From: Ornithinibacter sp.
Lineage (GTDB): Bacteria; Actinomycetota; Actinomycetes; Actinomycetales; Dermatophilaceae
Direction of reading: 5' to 3'
NCBI GenBank assembly: GCA_035703305.1
Contig: DASSYJ010000125.1
Coordinates: 8,013-72,012, forward strand
Length of the DNA: 64,000 bases
Below are positions 38,244-48,942 of the stretch, piece by piece. The notes under the pieces were generated by a model. The model saw only the letters and a program-made list of their open reading frames with translations. It was not told where the DNA came from and did no database searches. The position numbers and the translations under genes are program-made. Numbering within the stretch: position 1 is the stretch's first letter; every line of letters begins with the position of its first letter.

Positions 38244-38804
38244 TCAGAGGAACTCGGCCGGGTCGAACTCGTCGATCGGGATGATCCGCACCCGCGGCAG
38301 CTGCTCGTTGAAGGCGCGCACGTCGTACTCGAGGTCGAAGGACTCCAGCCCCCGCTCGGCCAGGGCCGCGAAGGCGCTGTTGCGGAACTCGACGAACCCG
38401 ATGACGCCGACCCGCCTCCCGTCGAGGAGGTCGCCCACCTGGTCGACGAAGTCGCCGTCGTTGCTGACGAGCAGCACGTCGGCCTCGCGGCGGCGCAGCT
38501 CGACGAGCGTGCGCTGGATGGCGATGTCGACGACCTTCTCGCCCGGCCCCCCTGACAGCGGCACCGGCCGGTAGCCGAGGGCGAGCAGGGCCTGCACGAA
38601 GGTCATCGGCAGCTCGGTGTTCGCGGCGAGGAAGAAGAGCCCGACGGCGTCCTGCTGCCACCGCTCCCGGGCGAACTGGAGGAGGCGCTCCCAGCGCGGG
38701 CGCTCCTCGGGCCGGGGGCGGCGGCCGAGGATCGAGGTGCCCAGCGTGGCGTCGATGTTCTCGCCGTCGACCAGCACGTAGGTGGTGCGGGGTGTCTCGG
38801 CCAT
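38244..38804 (-). CDS. NYN domain (PIN-like) protein
   Basis: LVDGENID, KVVD, LVSNDGDF. Confidence 0.88.
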   Translation of the reverse strand: MAETPRTTYVLVDGENIDATLGTSILGRRPRPEERPRWERLLQFARERWQQDAVGLFFLAANTELPMTFVQALLALGYRPVPLSGGPGEKVVDIAIQRTLVELRRREADVLLVSNDGDFVDQVGDLLDGRRVGVIGFVEFRNSAFAALAERGLESFDLEYDVRAFNEQLPRVRIIPIDEFDPAEFL

Positions 38805-38945
38805 GGGGCGAGACTACGGGCAGGGTCCCCAGTGGTCAGGCGGAACCGGAGCCGTGCGGTGGGCACAGCACCCGAGTCGCGCCCATGGCGAGCCCCTCCT
38901 CCCACGACGCGACCTCGGCCATGTGGTGGACGACGTCGGGTCCAC

Positions 38946-39761
38946 TCACGGCTCGTCCTCGCCGACGTCCACCGAGAGCCGCTCGACGAGCGGGACGAGG
39001 TCGGCGATCGAGTCGACGACCCGGGTCGGGCGGTAGGGAAAGTGCTCGACCTGCTCCGGGCGCGTCGAGCCGGTCGAGACGAGCACCGTCCGCAGCCCGG
39101 CCTCGAGGCCGCTGATGACGTCGGTGTCCATCCGGTCGCCCACCATGACGGTGGTCTCCGAGTGCGCCTCGAGCCGGTTGAGCGCGCTGCGCATCATGAG
39201 CGGGTTCGGCTTGCCGATGAAGTACGGCCGCCGACCCGTGGCGGTGCTGATGAGGGCGGCGACCGACCCCGTCGCCGGCAGCAGGCCCGCGGCGCTCGGG
39301 CCGCTGGGGTCGGGGTTCGTCGCGATGAAGCGGGCGCCGGCGGCGATGAGCCGGATGGCCTTCGTGATCGCCTCGAAGGAGTACGTGCGGGTCTCGCCCA
39401 GGACGACGTAGTCGGGGTCCCGGTCGGTCATGACGTAGCCGACGTCGTGCATCGCGGTCGTCAGGCCGGCCTCACCCACGACGTATGCCGTGCCACCCGG
39501 TCGCTGGTCGGCGAGGAAGTCCGCGGTGGCGAGGGCGGACGTCCAGATCGCCTCCTCGGGGACGTCGATCCCGCTGCGCAGCAAGCGGGCCCGCAGGTCG
39601 CGCGGCGTGAAGATCGAGTTGTTCGTCAGCACGAGGAACCGGCGACCCGACGCCTTGAGCGCCTCGATGAAGGCGGCTGCACCGGGGATGGGGTCGTCCT
39701 CGTGCACGAGCACGCCGTCCATGTCGGTGAGCCAGGTGTCGATCCGCCGCGTCGTGGTCAT
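38946..39761 (-). CDS. HAD-IIA hydrolase (NagD-like)
   Basis: [25 protein letters not shown]. Confidence 0.93.
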   Translation of the reverse strand: MTTTRRIDTWLTDMDGVLVHEDDPIPGAAAFIEALKASGRRFLVLTNNSIFTPRDLRARLLRSGIDVPEEAIWTSALATADFLADQRPGGTAYVVGEAGLTTAMHDVGYVMTDRDPDYVVLGETRTYSFEAITKAIRLIAAGARFIATNPDPSGPSAAGLLPATGSVAALISTATGRRPYFIGKPNPLMMRSALNRLEAHSETTVMVGDRMDTDVISGLEAGLRTVLVSTGSTRPEQVEHFPYRPTRVVDSIADLVPLVERLSVDVGEDEP

Positions 39762-39796
39762 GCGGACATTGTCGCGGTGCTGCGTAGGGTGCCCGT

Positions 39797-40297
39797 ATGC
39801 CGTCCGCCTCCGCCCGCGTCCGCCCCGCCGAGCCCGACGACGTCCCGGTCGTGCTGCGGCTCATCCGGGAGCTCGCACACTACGAGAAGGCGCTCCACGA
39901 GGTCGAGGCGACGGAGGAGCAGCTGGCCGCCGCCCTCTTCCCCGCTGCGGGCGCTCCGGCCCTGTTCGCGCACGTCGCCGAGGTCGACGGCGAGGTGGTC
40001 GGCACCGCTCTGTGGTTCCTGTCGTTCTCGACGTGGACGGGAACCCACGGCATCTGGCTGGAGGACCTCTACGTCTCGCCGGAGCACCGCGGCTCGGGTC
40101 TCGGCCAGGACCTCCTGCGGACCCTCGCGGCGGTGTGCGTCGAGCGGGGCTACCACCGGCTGGAGTGGTGGGTGCTCGACTGGAACGCGCCGAGCATCGG
40201 CTTCTACGAGTCGATCGGCGCCGTGGCGCAGGACGAGTGGACCCGCTTCCGCCTCGACGGGCCGGCGCTCGCGGCCCACGTGGCGGCCACGGGCTGA
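39797..40297 (+). CDS. GNAT acetyltransferase (SSAT-like)
   Basis: [34 protein letters not shown]. Confidence 0.9.
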   Translation: MPSASARVRPAEPDDVPVVLRLIRELAHYEKALHEVEATEEQLAAALFPAAGAPALFAHVAEVDGEVVGTALWFLSFSTWTGTHGIWLEDLYVSPEHRGSGLGQDLLRTLAAVCVERGYHRLEWWVLDWNAPSIGFYESIGAVAQDEWTRFRLDGPALAAHVAATG

Positions 40298-40333
40298 CCC
40301 GGCAGGCGGGACGGGGGACGGGGATGCACGCGC

Positions 40334-41011
40334 ATGGGTGACGCCAGGGCTGCCGGGCCGGTCCTGCTCGACCTGCCGTTCCACGGGCTCTGGTTGGCCC
40401 GCAACAGCCCGGGCCGCCGGGTGCCGAGCCACGGGACCCACGCGTTCGGGGTCACGTACGCGATCGACTTCATCCCCGTCGGCCCGGACGGACGGTCCGC
40501 TCCTCGCACCTGGCGGACCCTGCTCTCCGTGGAGCCGCCGGAGGTCTTCGTCGGGTTCGGCCGGCCGGTGCTCGCGCCGGCCGCGGGCACGGTCGTCGCG
40601 GTCCTCGACGGCGAGCCCGACCACGTGGCGCGGCGTTCCCAGCTCGCCCTCGTGCCGTACGCGCTCGGGCAGGCCCGACGGGTGCGGGAAGGGGTCGCTG
40701 CGATCGCCGGCAACCACGTCGTGACGGCGCTGGGCCCGCGAGGTCCGTTCGTCCTCACCGCGCACCTGCGTAGGGGCACGGTGCGGGTCTCGCTGGGGGA
40801 CGTCGTGGCGCCCGGCGACCAGCTGGGCGAGTGCGGCAACTCGGGCAACAGCACCCAGCCCCACGTCCATGTGCAGGTCACGGACTCGATGGACTGGCCG
40901 ACGACGCGTGGGCTGCCGATGGCGTTCCGCCGTCCCGGCTCCGGGGTCGGTGCTGCTGGAGACACGTGGATGCCGGCCGAGGACGAGGTCGTCGACGGCG
41001 GGCCGGGGTAG
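40334..41011 (+). CDS. M23 family metallopeptidase
   Basis: YAIDF, AHLRRG, CGNSGNSTQPHVH. Confidence 0.88.
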   Translation: MGDARAAGPVLLDLPFHGLWLARNSPGRRVPSHGTHAFGVTYAIDFIPVGPDGRSAPRTWRTLLSVEPPEVFVGFGRPVLAPAAGTVVAVLDGEPDHVARRSQLALVPYALGQARRVREGVAAIAGNHVVTALGPRGPFVLTAHLRRGTVRVSLGDVVAPGDQLGECGNSGNSTQPHVHVQVTDSMDWPTTRGLPMAFRRPGSGVGAAGDTWMPAEDEVVDGGPG

Positions 41012-41053
41012 CGGACGACCGGCACGCCCGGGTAGCCGACGACCAGCACCCCG
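41006..41053. repeat. 24-bp imperfect tandem duplication at the M23 stop
   Basis: GGGTAGCGGACGACCGGCACGCCC followed by GGGTAGCCGACGACCAGCACCCC. Confidence 0.7.
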
Positions 41054-41156
41054 GGCGTCGGCGGAGCGGGTCCGAGATCGGCGTCGCCCGTGTGCCCCGG
41101 TCTGTCGGCCCCACCGCCTAGCGTGTGGGGAGCTCGCACGGTGAGAGGGGCACCCC

Positions 41157-41555
41157 ATGACGAGGTTCGTCATCACTCCCGACGTCGCACTGGCCATCGC
41201 CCGTGGGGAGGTCGTCGTCGCGGGGGAGCACCAGCTCGTGGCGCCGGCGCTCATCAGGTCGCAGGTGCTGTCGCTGCTCTACGAGGCGGTGCGGCGGGGC
41301 GAGGTGGCGACGGCGGATGCCGAGCGGCAGCTCGACGTCATCCGCGGCCTGCGCATGCGCCTGCTCGGGGACCGGGTCCTCCAGCGCGTGGCCTGGAGGC
41401 TCGCCGACCAGCTGGGGTGGCCCGACACCTTCGACGCCGAGTACGTCGCGCTGACCCAGCTCCAGGCCGACGCCCTGGTCACGCTCGACCCTGAGATGGC
41501 CGACGCCGTGAAGGGGCTCGTCACGGTCGCTCCCGTCACCGCCCTCTCCACGTGA
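41157..41555 (+). CDS. PIN domain (VapC-like) protein, orphan
   Basis: LVAPALIRSQV, FDAEYVALTQLQADALVTLD. Confidence 0.8.
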   Translation: MTRFVITPDVALAIARGEVVVAGEHQLVAPALIRSQVLSLLYEAVRRGEVATADAERQLDVIRGLRMRLLGDRVLQRVAWRLADQLGWPDTFDAEYVALTQLQADALVTLDPEMADAVKGLVTVAPVTALST

Positions 41556-41612
41556 CCAGCACACGGTGAGCGGACGGCATCCGGCCGGTCCTGGGTAGTG
41601 CGGCGGGTCGGC

Positions 41613-42068
41613 TCAGGTCAGCGTCAGCGCGAGGCGCGGCGCGGGGCCGAGCTCCGTCGGCGCCAGGCCCACGTCGGTGAAGCCCATGGCCCGGTAGAAC
41701 GCCATCGCGTCGGGGTTGGCGGTGACCTCCAGCCGTGCCACACCCTCCGACCGGAGGTGGTCGGCGAGGCGGGTGAGCAACGCCGTCGCCACGCCCCTGC
41801 GCATCCATCGCGGCTCGACGAAGAGGTCCTCCAGCTCGACGACGGCCGCGACCCGCATCCACGACGCGAACCCGACGACCTCGCCGTCCTCCACGGCCAC
41901 CCAGGTCCTGCCCTCCGCCAGGCCCTCGGGCCCGAGGACGAGGAGCTCGGGGCGGGCGAGGAGCCGGTCGTGGTCGGTGGGGTTGGACAGCGACGCACGC
42001 CGGTAGACGCCCCTGACCGCATCGAGGTCGTCGGGGGTGCCGAGCCGGATCACCGGTCCAGCGTGCAC
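41613..42068 (-). CDS. GNAT acetyltransferase
   Basis: LEDLFVEPRWMRRGVAT, ANPDAMAFYRAMGF. Confidence 0.88.
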   Translation of the reverse strand: MHAGPVIRLGTPDDLDAVRGVYRRASLSNPTDHDRLLARPELLVLGPEGLAEGRTWVAVEDGEVVGFASWMRVAAVVELEDLFVEPRWMRRGVATALLTRLADHLRSEGVARLEVTANPDAMAFYRAMGFTDVGLAPTELGPAPRLALTLT

Positions 42069-42105
42069 CCCACGCGCGGGTGTCGCCAGGTCGGATGCCG
42101 CCTGG

Positions 42106-43251
42106 TCACTCCAGCACGTGGATGTTGCGGGCCGCGCACATGTCCTTGAGGACCTGCGGCCAGACGGTCACGCTGACCTCACCGAGGTGGGCGGTGTGCA
42201 GCAACATCATCAGCGTGCGGGACTGACCGATGCCGCCGCCGATCGACAGCGGCAGGGTGCCGTCGACGATGCCGCGGTGGTAGGGCAGGTCGAGCCAGTC
42301 CAGCTGGCCGGTCAGCTCCAGCTGCTGGCGCAGCGTCGCGGCATCCACCCGGACGCCCATCGAGCTCAGCTCGTGCCGTCGGCGGGTCACCGGGTTCCAC
42401 ACGAGGATGTCGCCGTTGAGCCCGTGCCGGGTCTGCCCGTCGGGTGTGGTCGTCGGCGTGACCCAGTCGTCGTAGTCGGCAGCCCGCATCTCGTGCGGGT
42501 ACCCGTCGTCGAGCGTCCACCCGATGCCGATGACGAACGCTGCCGGGACCTCCTGGAGCAGCGCGGTCTCCCGCTGCTTGCGCGGGAGGTCCGGGTAGCG
42601 CGCCAGCAGGTCCTCCGCGTGGATGAACGTGATCTCCTCGGGCAGGCGCGGGTACCGCTCGTCGACGAGGGCCGGGAAGTCCCGGTGGAGGCGGGTCTCG
42701 GTCTCGCGCAGCACCGACCAGATCCGGCGCACGGTGTCCTTCAGGGTCTCGAGGGTGCGGTCCTCGGCGGTGATGGTGCGCTCCCAGTCCCACTGGTCGA
42801 CGTACGCGCTGTGGTCGTGGTCGAGGAAGTAGTCCTTGCGGACCGCCCTCATGTCGGTGCACAGGCCGGCACCCGGTTCCATGCCGAACTGTCTCAGCGC
42901 GACGCGCTTCCACTTGGTGGCGGCCTGCACGACCTGGGCCTCGACGGGGTTCACCCCGTTGTCGTTGGCGATGTGGAAGGAGACCGGCGTCCGCGAGCCG
43001 TCGCGGTCGAGCATGTCGTTGACACCCGAGCTCGCCTCGACGATGAGGGGCACCTGCACCATCTCGAGGCCGAGCTCCCGGCACAGGCCGTCCTCGATGA
43101 GGCGCCGCGCCTCGAAGATCGCCCGCTGGGTCTCGCGTGGGGTCAGCAGCGGGTGGTAGTCGTCGGGCAGGACCCGCTCCACGTCCTGGTAGGTCCCGAT
43201 CCCCGGGCCCGCGAGGTCGGCGCGCTTGGCGCCTGCTACGTCTGTCGTCAC
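42106..43251 (-). CDS. asnA: Aspartate-ammonia ligase (asparagine synthetase A)
   Basis: QAATKWKR, HSAYVDQWDWE, RAADYDDW, LNGDILVWN, ELSSMGVRV, SIGGGIGQSR. Confidence 0.95.
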   Translation of the reverse strand: MTTDVAGAKRADLAGPGIGTYQDVERVLPDDYHPLLTPRETQRAIFEARRLIEDGLCRELGLEMVQVPLIVEASSGVNDMLDRDGSRTPVSFHIANDNGVNPVEAQVVQAATKWKRVALRQFGMEPGAGLCTDMRAVRKDYFLDHDHSAYVDQWDWERTITAEDRTLETLKDTVRRIWSVLRETETRLHRDFPALVDERYPRLPEEITFIHAEDLLARYPDLPRKQRETALLQEVPAAFVIGIGWTLDDGYPHEMRAADYDDWVTPTTTPDGQTRHGLNGDILVWNPVTRRRHELSSMGVRVDAATLRQQLELTGQLDWLDLPYHRGIVDGTLPLSIGGGIGQSRTLMMLLHTAHLGEVSVTVWPQVLKDMCAARNIHVLE

Positions 43252-43404
43252 CTGATCGCCTCCGTCGTCCGGAGCCGGGTGGGGGCGCCGGTCGTCGGCG
43301 CGATGGCGACCCGGCTCTCCCGCCAGTCTCCTCCCCGACGGCGACGAGCGAGTCGCCTGCGGGGGGAAGTGAGCGACGAGACACCCCCGCGACGACGGCG
43401 CTGC

Positions 43405-45486
<2,082 letters not shown>

Positions 45487-45501
45487 GCCCCGAGCCTATG
45501 G

Positions 45502-45580
45502 GTGGGGATTATCGGGTCACCCGAGAAACCCCCACTTCACCGGGTAAGGGTTGTCCGGTGAGGTGAGGGTTTCCCCGGGG
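45502..45580. repeat. Cluster of short REP-like hairpins
   Basis: GTGGGGATTATCGGG/CCCGAGAAACCCCCAC, CTTCACCGG...CCGGTGAGG and a related GTGAGGGTTTCCCCGGG. Confidence 0.5.
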
Positions 45581-45670
45581 GAGTCGAGGGCAGCCTCGCG
45601 GAAGACCCGTGGATGCCGGTCAGTCGCCGTCGCCCCCGCCCTCGCCGCCCGCCGGGGTCACCTGGCCGGG

Positions 45671-46642
45671 TCAGGGCGTCAGCAGGATCTTCCCGGTCGC
45701 CCGCCGCTCGTCGACGGCGGTCAGGGCGTCGACGACCTCGTCGAGGGTGCGCACCTCGCCGATGACCGGGTCGACCGCCCCGGACTCGAGGAGTGGCACG
45801 AGGTCGTCCCACTGACGACGCAGGTATGCCGGCCCGGGCCCACCGCGCCCGGTCCACCAGGCGCCCCAGCCGACGCCGACGACGGAGATGTTGTTGAGGA
45901 GGAGGCGGTTGACCCTCAGCTCGGGGATCGAGCCGGCGGTGAAGCCGATGACGAGGTGCCGCCCACCCGGTGCGAGGGAGCGGAGCGAGTCCGTGAACCG
46001 GTCCCCACCGACGGGGTCGACGACGAGGTCGACGCCGCGACCGCTCGTCAGCGACGCCACGGACTCCCGGAACCCGTCAGCGAGCACGACCTCGTGCGCC
46101 CCCGCCGAGCGGGCGACCTCCGCCTTGTCCTCCGACGAGACCACGGCGATGACGCGTGCGCCCCACGCGGCCGCCAGCTGCACCGCCGCCGACCCGACCC
46201 CGCCGGCCGCGCCGTGCACGAGCACCGTGTCGCCCGCCGCCAGCCGTCCGCGCTCCCGGAGGGCGAAGTGGCAGGTCAGGTAGTTCATCGGCAGCGCCGC
46301 GCCCTGCTCGTAGGTCACGGACTCCGGCAGCGGGAAGACCATCGCCGGGTCGGTCGCCACCACCTGCGCGAAGCCACCGAGGAAGGGGAAGGCGGCGACC
46401 CGGTCGCCCACGGCATACCCGCTCGTCGCAGGCGCCGAGAGCACCCGCCCGGCCACCTCCGAGCCCGGCACGAACGGGAGCTCGGGCGTCACCTGGTACT
46501 GCCCGCGGGTCAGGAGGACGTCGGGGTAGCACACGCCCGCCGCGGCGACCTCGATGACGACGCCGGTGTCGGCGGGTTCGGGGAGGTCGACGACCGCCAC
46601 GGCCGACGGTCCGTCGAGGCTGGTCACCTGGGCTGCGCGCAC
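45671..46642 (-). CDS. NADPH:quinone oxidoreductase (MDR family)
   Basis: GVCYPD, PFVPGSEVAG, VHGAAGGVG, DPVGG, ATGKILL. Confidence 0.92.
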   Translation of the reverse strand: MRAAQVTSLDGPSAVAVVDLPEPADTGVVIEVAAAGVCYPDVLLTRGQYQVTPELPFVPGSEVAGRVLSAPATSGYAVGDRVAAFPFLGGFAQVVATDPAMVFPLPESVTYEQGAALPMNYLTCHFALRERGRLAAGDTVLVHGAAGGVGSAAVQLAAAWGARVIAVVSSEDKAEVARSAGAHEVVLADGFRESVASLTSGRGVDLVVDPVGGDRFTDSLRSLAPGGRHLVIGFTAGSIPELRVNRLLLNNISVVGVGWGAWWTGRGGPGPAYLRRQWDDLVPLLESGAVDPVIGEVRTLDEVVDALTAVDERRATGKILLTP

Positions 46643-46711
46643 GCGGTCATCGTAGGGCGGGCCGGAACCGGGGGAGCCTCGTGGGGCTCCGTGTGACATC
46701 GCCGGGAGATC

Positions 46712-48052
46712 GTGCCGATCGGGAATGCGGCCGGGGTGTCCGTCGCTGCACGTCCAGTGCCCCACCCTCGCCACGCCACCCTCGCCACCATCGCCCTGAT
46801 CCTCGGGGGCGTGGCCATCGGGACGACCGAGTTCGTCACCATGGGCCTCCTCCCCGAGATCGCCGCGGGGGTGTCCGTCGACATCCCGAGCGCCGGGCAC
46901 ACCATCTCCGCGTATGCCGCAGGGGTCGTCATCGGCGCCCCGCTCCTCGCGGTGCTGGGTGCCACCTGGCCGCGCAAGGCGCTCCTCGTCGGGCTCATGG
47001 TCGCCTTCACCGTCGGGAACGTCCTCAGCGCCCTGGCCCCGACGTACGAGACGCTCGTCGCCGCCCGCTTCCTCGCCGGCCTCCCGCACGGCGCGTTCTT
47101 CGGCGTGGCCGCCCTCGTCGCCGTCGACCTCGCCCGGAGCGGGCAGGCCGGCCGGGCGGTGGGGCGCGTCATGCTCGGCATCCCGATCGCGAACGTCCTC
47201 GGGGTCCCCGGTGCGACGTGGCTCGGGCAGGGCTTCGGCTGGCGCTCGGCATACCTCCTCGTGGCCCTCATCGGCCTCGCGACGATCGCCCTCATCGGGT
47301 ATGCCGTGCCACACCTCCCTCGCGACCGCACCCGCACCGTCCGCAACGAGCTCGGGGCGCTGACGAGCCTCCAGGTGTGGCTCACCCTGGGCGTCGGCGC
47401 GATCGGGTTCGGGGGCATGTTCGCCATGTACTCCTACATCGCGCCCACGGTCACCCAGGTGACCGGGCTGCCGGCGTCGGCGGTGCCGGTCTTCCTGCTC
47501 GTCTTCGGTGCGTCCGGGTTCTTCGGCAACCTCGTCGCGGGCCGGATGGGCGACTGGTCGGTCATCCGGTCGGTCGTCATCGGGCTGGCCGGCCTCGGCG
47601 TCTCGTTGGGCCTGTTCGCCCTGGCCGCGCCGTATGCCGTGCCCGCCCTCGTCGTCCTCGCGCTCACCTCGGTGCTCGCCTCGGTGCTCGTCATCAACCT
47701 CCAGCTGCGCCTCATGCAGGTGGCGGGCACGGCGCAGACCCTCGCCGCGGCGAGCAACCACGCGGCCCTCAACCTCGCGAACGCCCTCGGCGCGTGGATC
47801 GGCGGGGTCGTCATCGCCGCCGGATACGGCTACACCGCGCCGTCGGTGGTCGGCGTGGGACTCGCGGCCGTCGGGCTGGTCATCCTCGGCATCTCCCTGC
47901 TCGTCCACCGTCGCGACCACCCCGAGCGCGCGACGCTGCGGCCACTCGGCCCGGCGGGGGCCGCGGACGACGAGGTGGGCGTGACCGACGCGGTGGGCGC
48001 GACGGGTGCGGTGGGAGCGACGGGCGCGGTGGGCGCGGTGTCCGCGGGCTGA
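46712..48052 (+). CDS. MFS transporter (DHA1/AraJ-like)
   Basis: AIGTTEFVTMGLLPEIA, ARFLAGLPHGAFFG, GWR; about 12 TM helices; start uncertain. Confidence 0.92.
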   Translation: MPIGNAAGVSVAARPVPHPRHATLATIALILGGVAIGTTEFVTMGLLPEIAAGVSVDIPSAGHTISAYAAGVVIGAPLLAVLGATWPRKALLVGLMVAFTVGNVLSALAPTYETLVAARFLAGLPHGAFFGVAALVAVDLARSGQAGRAVGRVMLGIPIANVLGVPGATWLGQGFGWRSAYLLVALIGLATIALIGYAVPHLPRDRTRTVRNELGALTSLQVWLTLGVGAIGFGGMFAMYSYIAPTVTQVTGLPASAVPVFLLVFGASGFFGNLVAGRMGDWSVIRSVVIGLAGLGVSLGLFALAAPYAVPALVVLALTSVLASVLVINLQLRLMQVAGTAQTLAAASNHAALNLANALGAWIGGVVIAAGYGYTAPSVVGVGLAAVGLVILGISLLVHRRDHPERATLRPLGPAGAADDEVGVTDAVGATGAVGATGAVGAVSAG

Positions 48053-48144
48053 CGGCATCCGCGCGGCGTCTCGCGTGTCGGTCGTCACCTCGTTCGTGGA
48101 TCTCCAGCGGCGCGCCCGGGAGGCGACCTCCGTAGGCTGGCCGC

Positions 48145-48942
48145 ATGCCGAGCACCGTCACGTGCCGGGTCGAGGGCAGCATCGCCCAGGTCCGGCTCAA
48201 CCGTCCCGACAAGCTCAACGCCCTGACCCTCGACACCCTCGAGGAGCTGGTCTCGACGGCCCGCGAGCTCGGGCGGGACCGCACCCTCCGCGGTGTCGTC
48301 CTCGGGGGTGAGGGGGACTCCTTCTGTGCGGGGCTCGACTTCGCGACCGTGCTGCGGAACCCACCGCGGGTGGCGCGGTCGTTCGTGCCGCACCCCTGGC
48401 GGGGGACGAACCTGTTCCAGGAGGCGTGCTGGGCGTGGCGGCGGCTGCGGGTGCCCGTCGTCGCGGCCGTCCACGGCCACTGCTACGGCGGTGGCCTCCA
48501 GATCGCCCTCGCCGCCGACCTCCGGATGACGACGGCCGACGCGCAGTGGTCGGTGCTCGAGGCGAAGTGGGGGCTCGTTCCCGACATGAGCGGTATCCAG
48601 GCGCTCTCTCAGCAGGTGCGCATGGACGTCGCGAAGCGGCTCACGATGACCGGCGAGGTCGTGAGCGGCGAGCGTGCGGTGGAGCTGGGCCTGGCGAGCG
48701 AGGTGCACGACGAGCCCTTCGTCGCGGCGACCCGCTTCCTCGAGGAGGTGGCCACGCGGTCACCCGACTCGGTCGCGGCGACGAAGCGGCTGTTCGGCCG
48801 GACGTGGACCCTCGGCGACCGCCGAACCTTCGCGCGGGAGCGGTTCGAGCAGGCCAAGCTGCTCGCGACGCGGAACACGACGATCGCGCGGGAGGCGGCG
48901 ATGAAGCGCGCCACCCCCGTGTTCGACCCCCGACGCCGATGA
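48145..48942 (+). CDS. Enoyl-CoA hydratase/crotonase family protein
   Basis: LNRPDKLNAL, FCAGLD, HCYGGGLQIALAAD, EAKWGLVPD. Confidence 0.92.
   Translation: MPSTVTCRVEGSIAQVRLNRPDKLNALTLDTLEELVSTARELGRDRTLRGVVLGGEGDSFCAGLDFATVLRNPPRVARSFVPHPWRGTNLFQEACWAWRRLRVPVVAAVHGHCYGGGLQIALAADLRMTTADAQWSVLEAKWGLVPDMSGIQALSQQVRMDVAKRLTMTGEVVSGERAVELGLASEVHDEPFVAATRFLEEVATRSPDSVAATKRLFGRTWTLGDRRTFARERFEQAKLLATRNTTIAREAAMKRATPVFDPRRR

Noticed and set aside
43255-43400. Riboswitch or T-box upstream of asnA
   Set aside because: GC-rich hairpins are possible, but I recognised no conserved riboswitch or T-box motif
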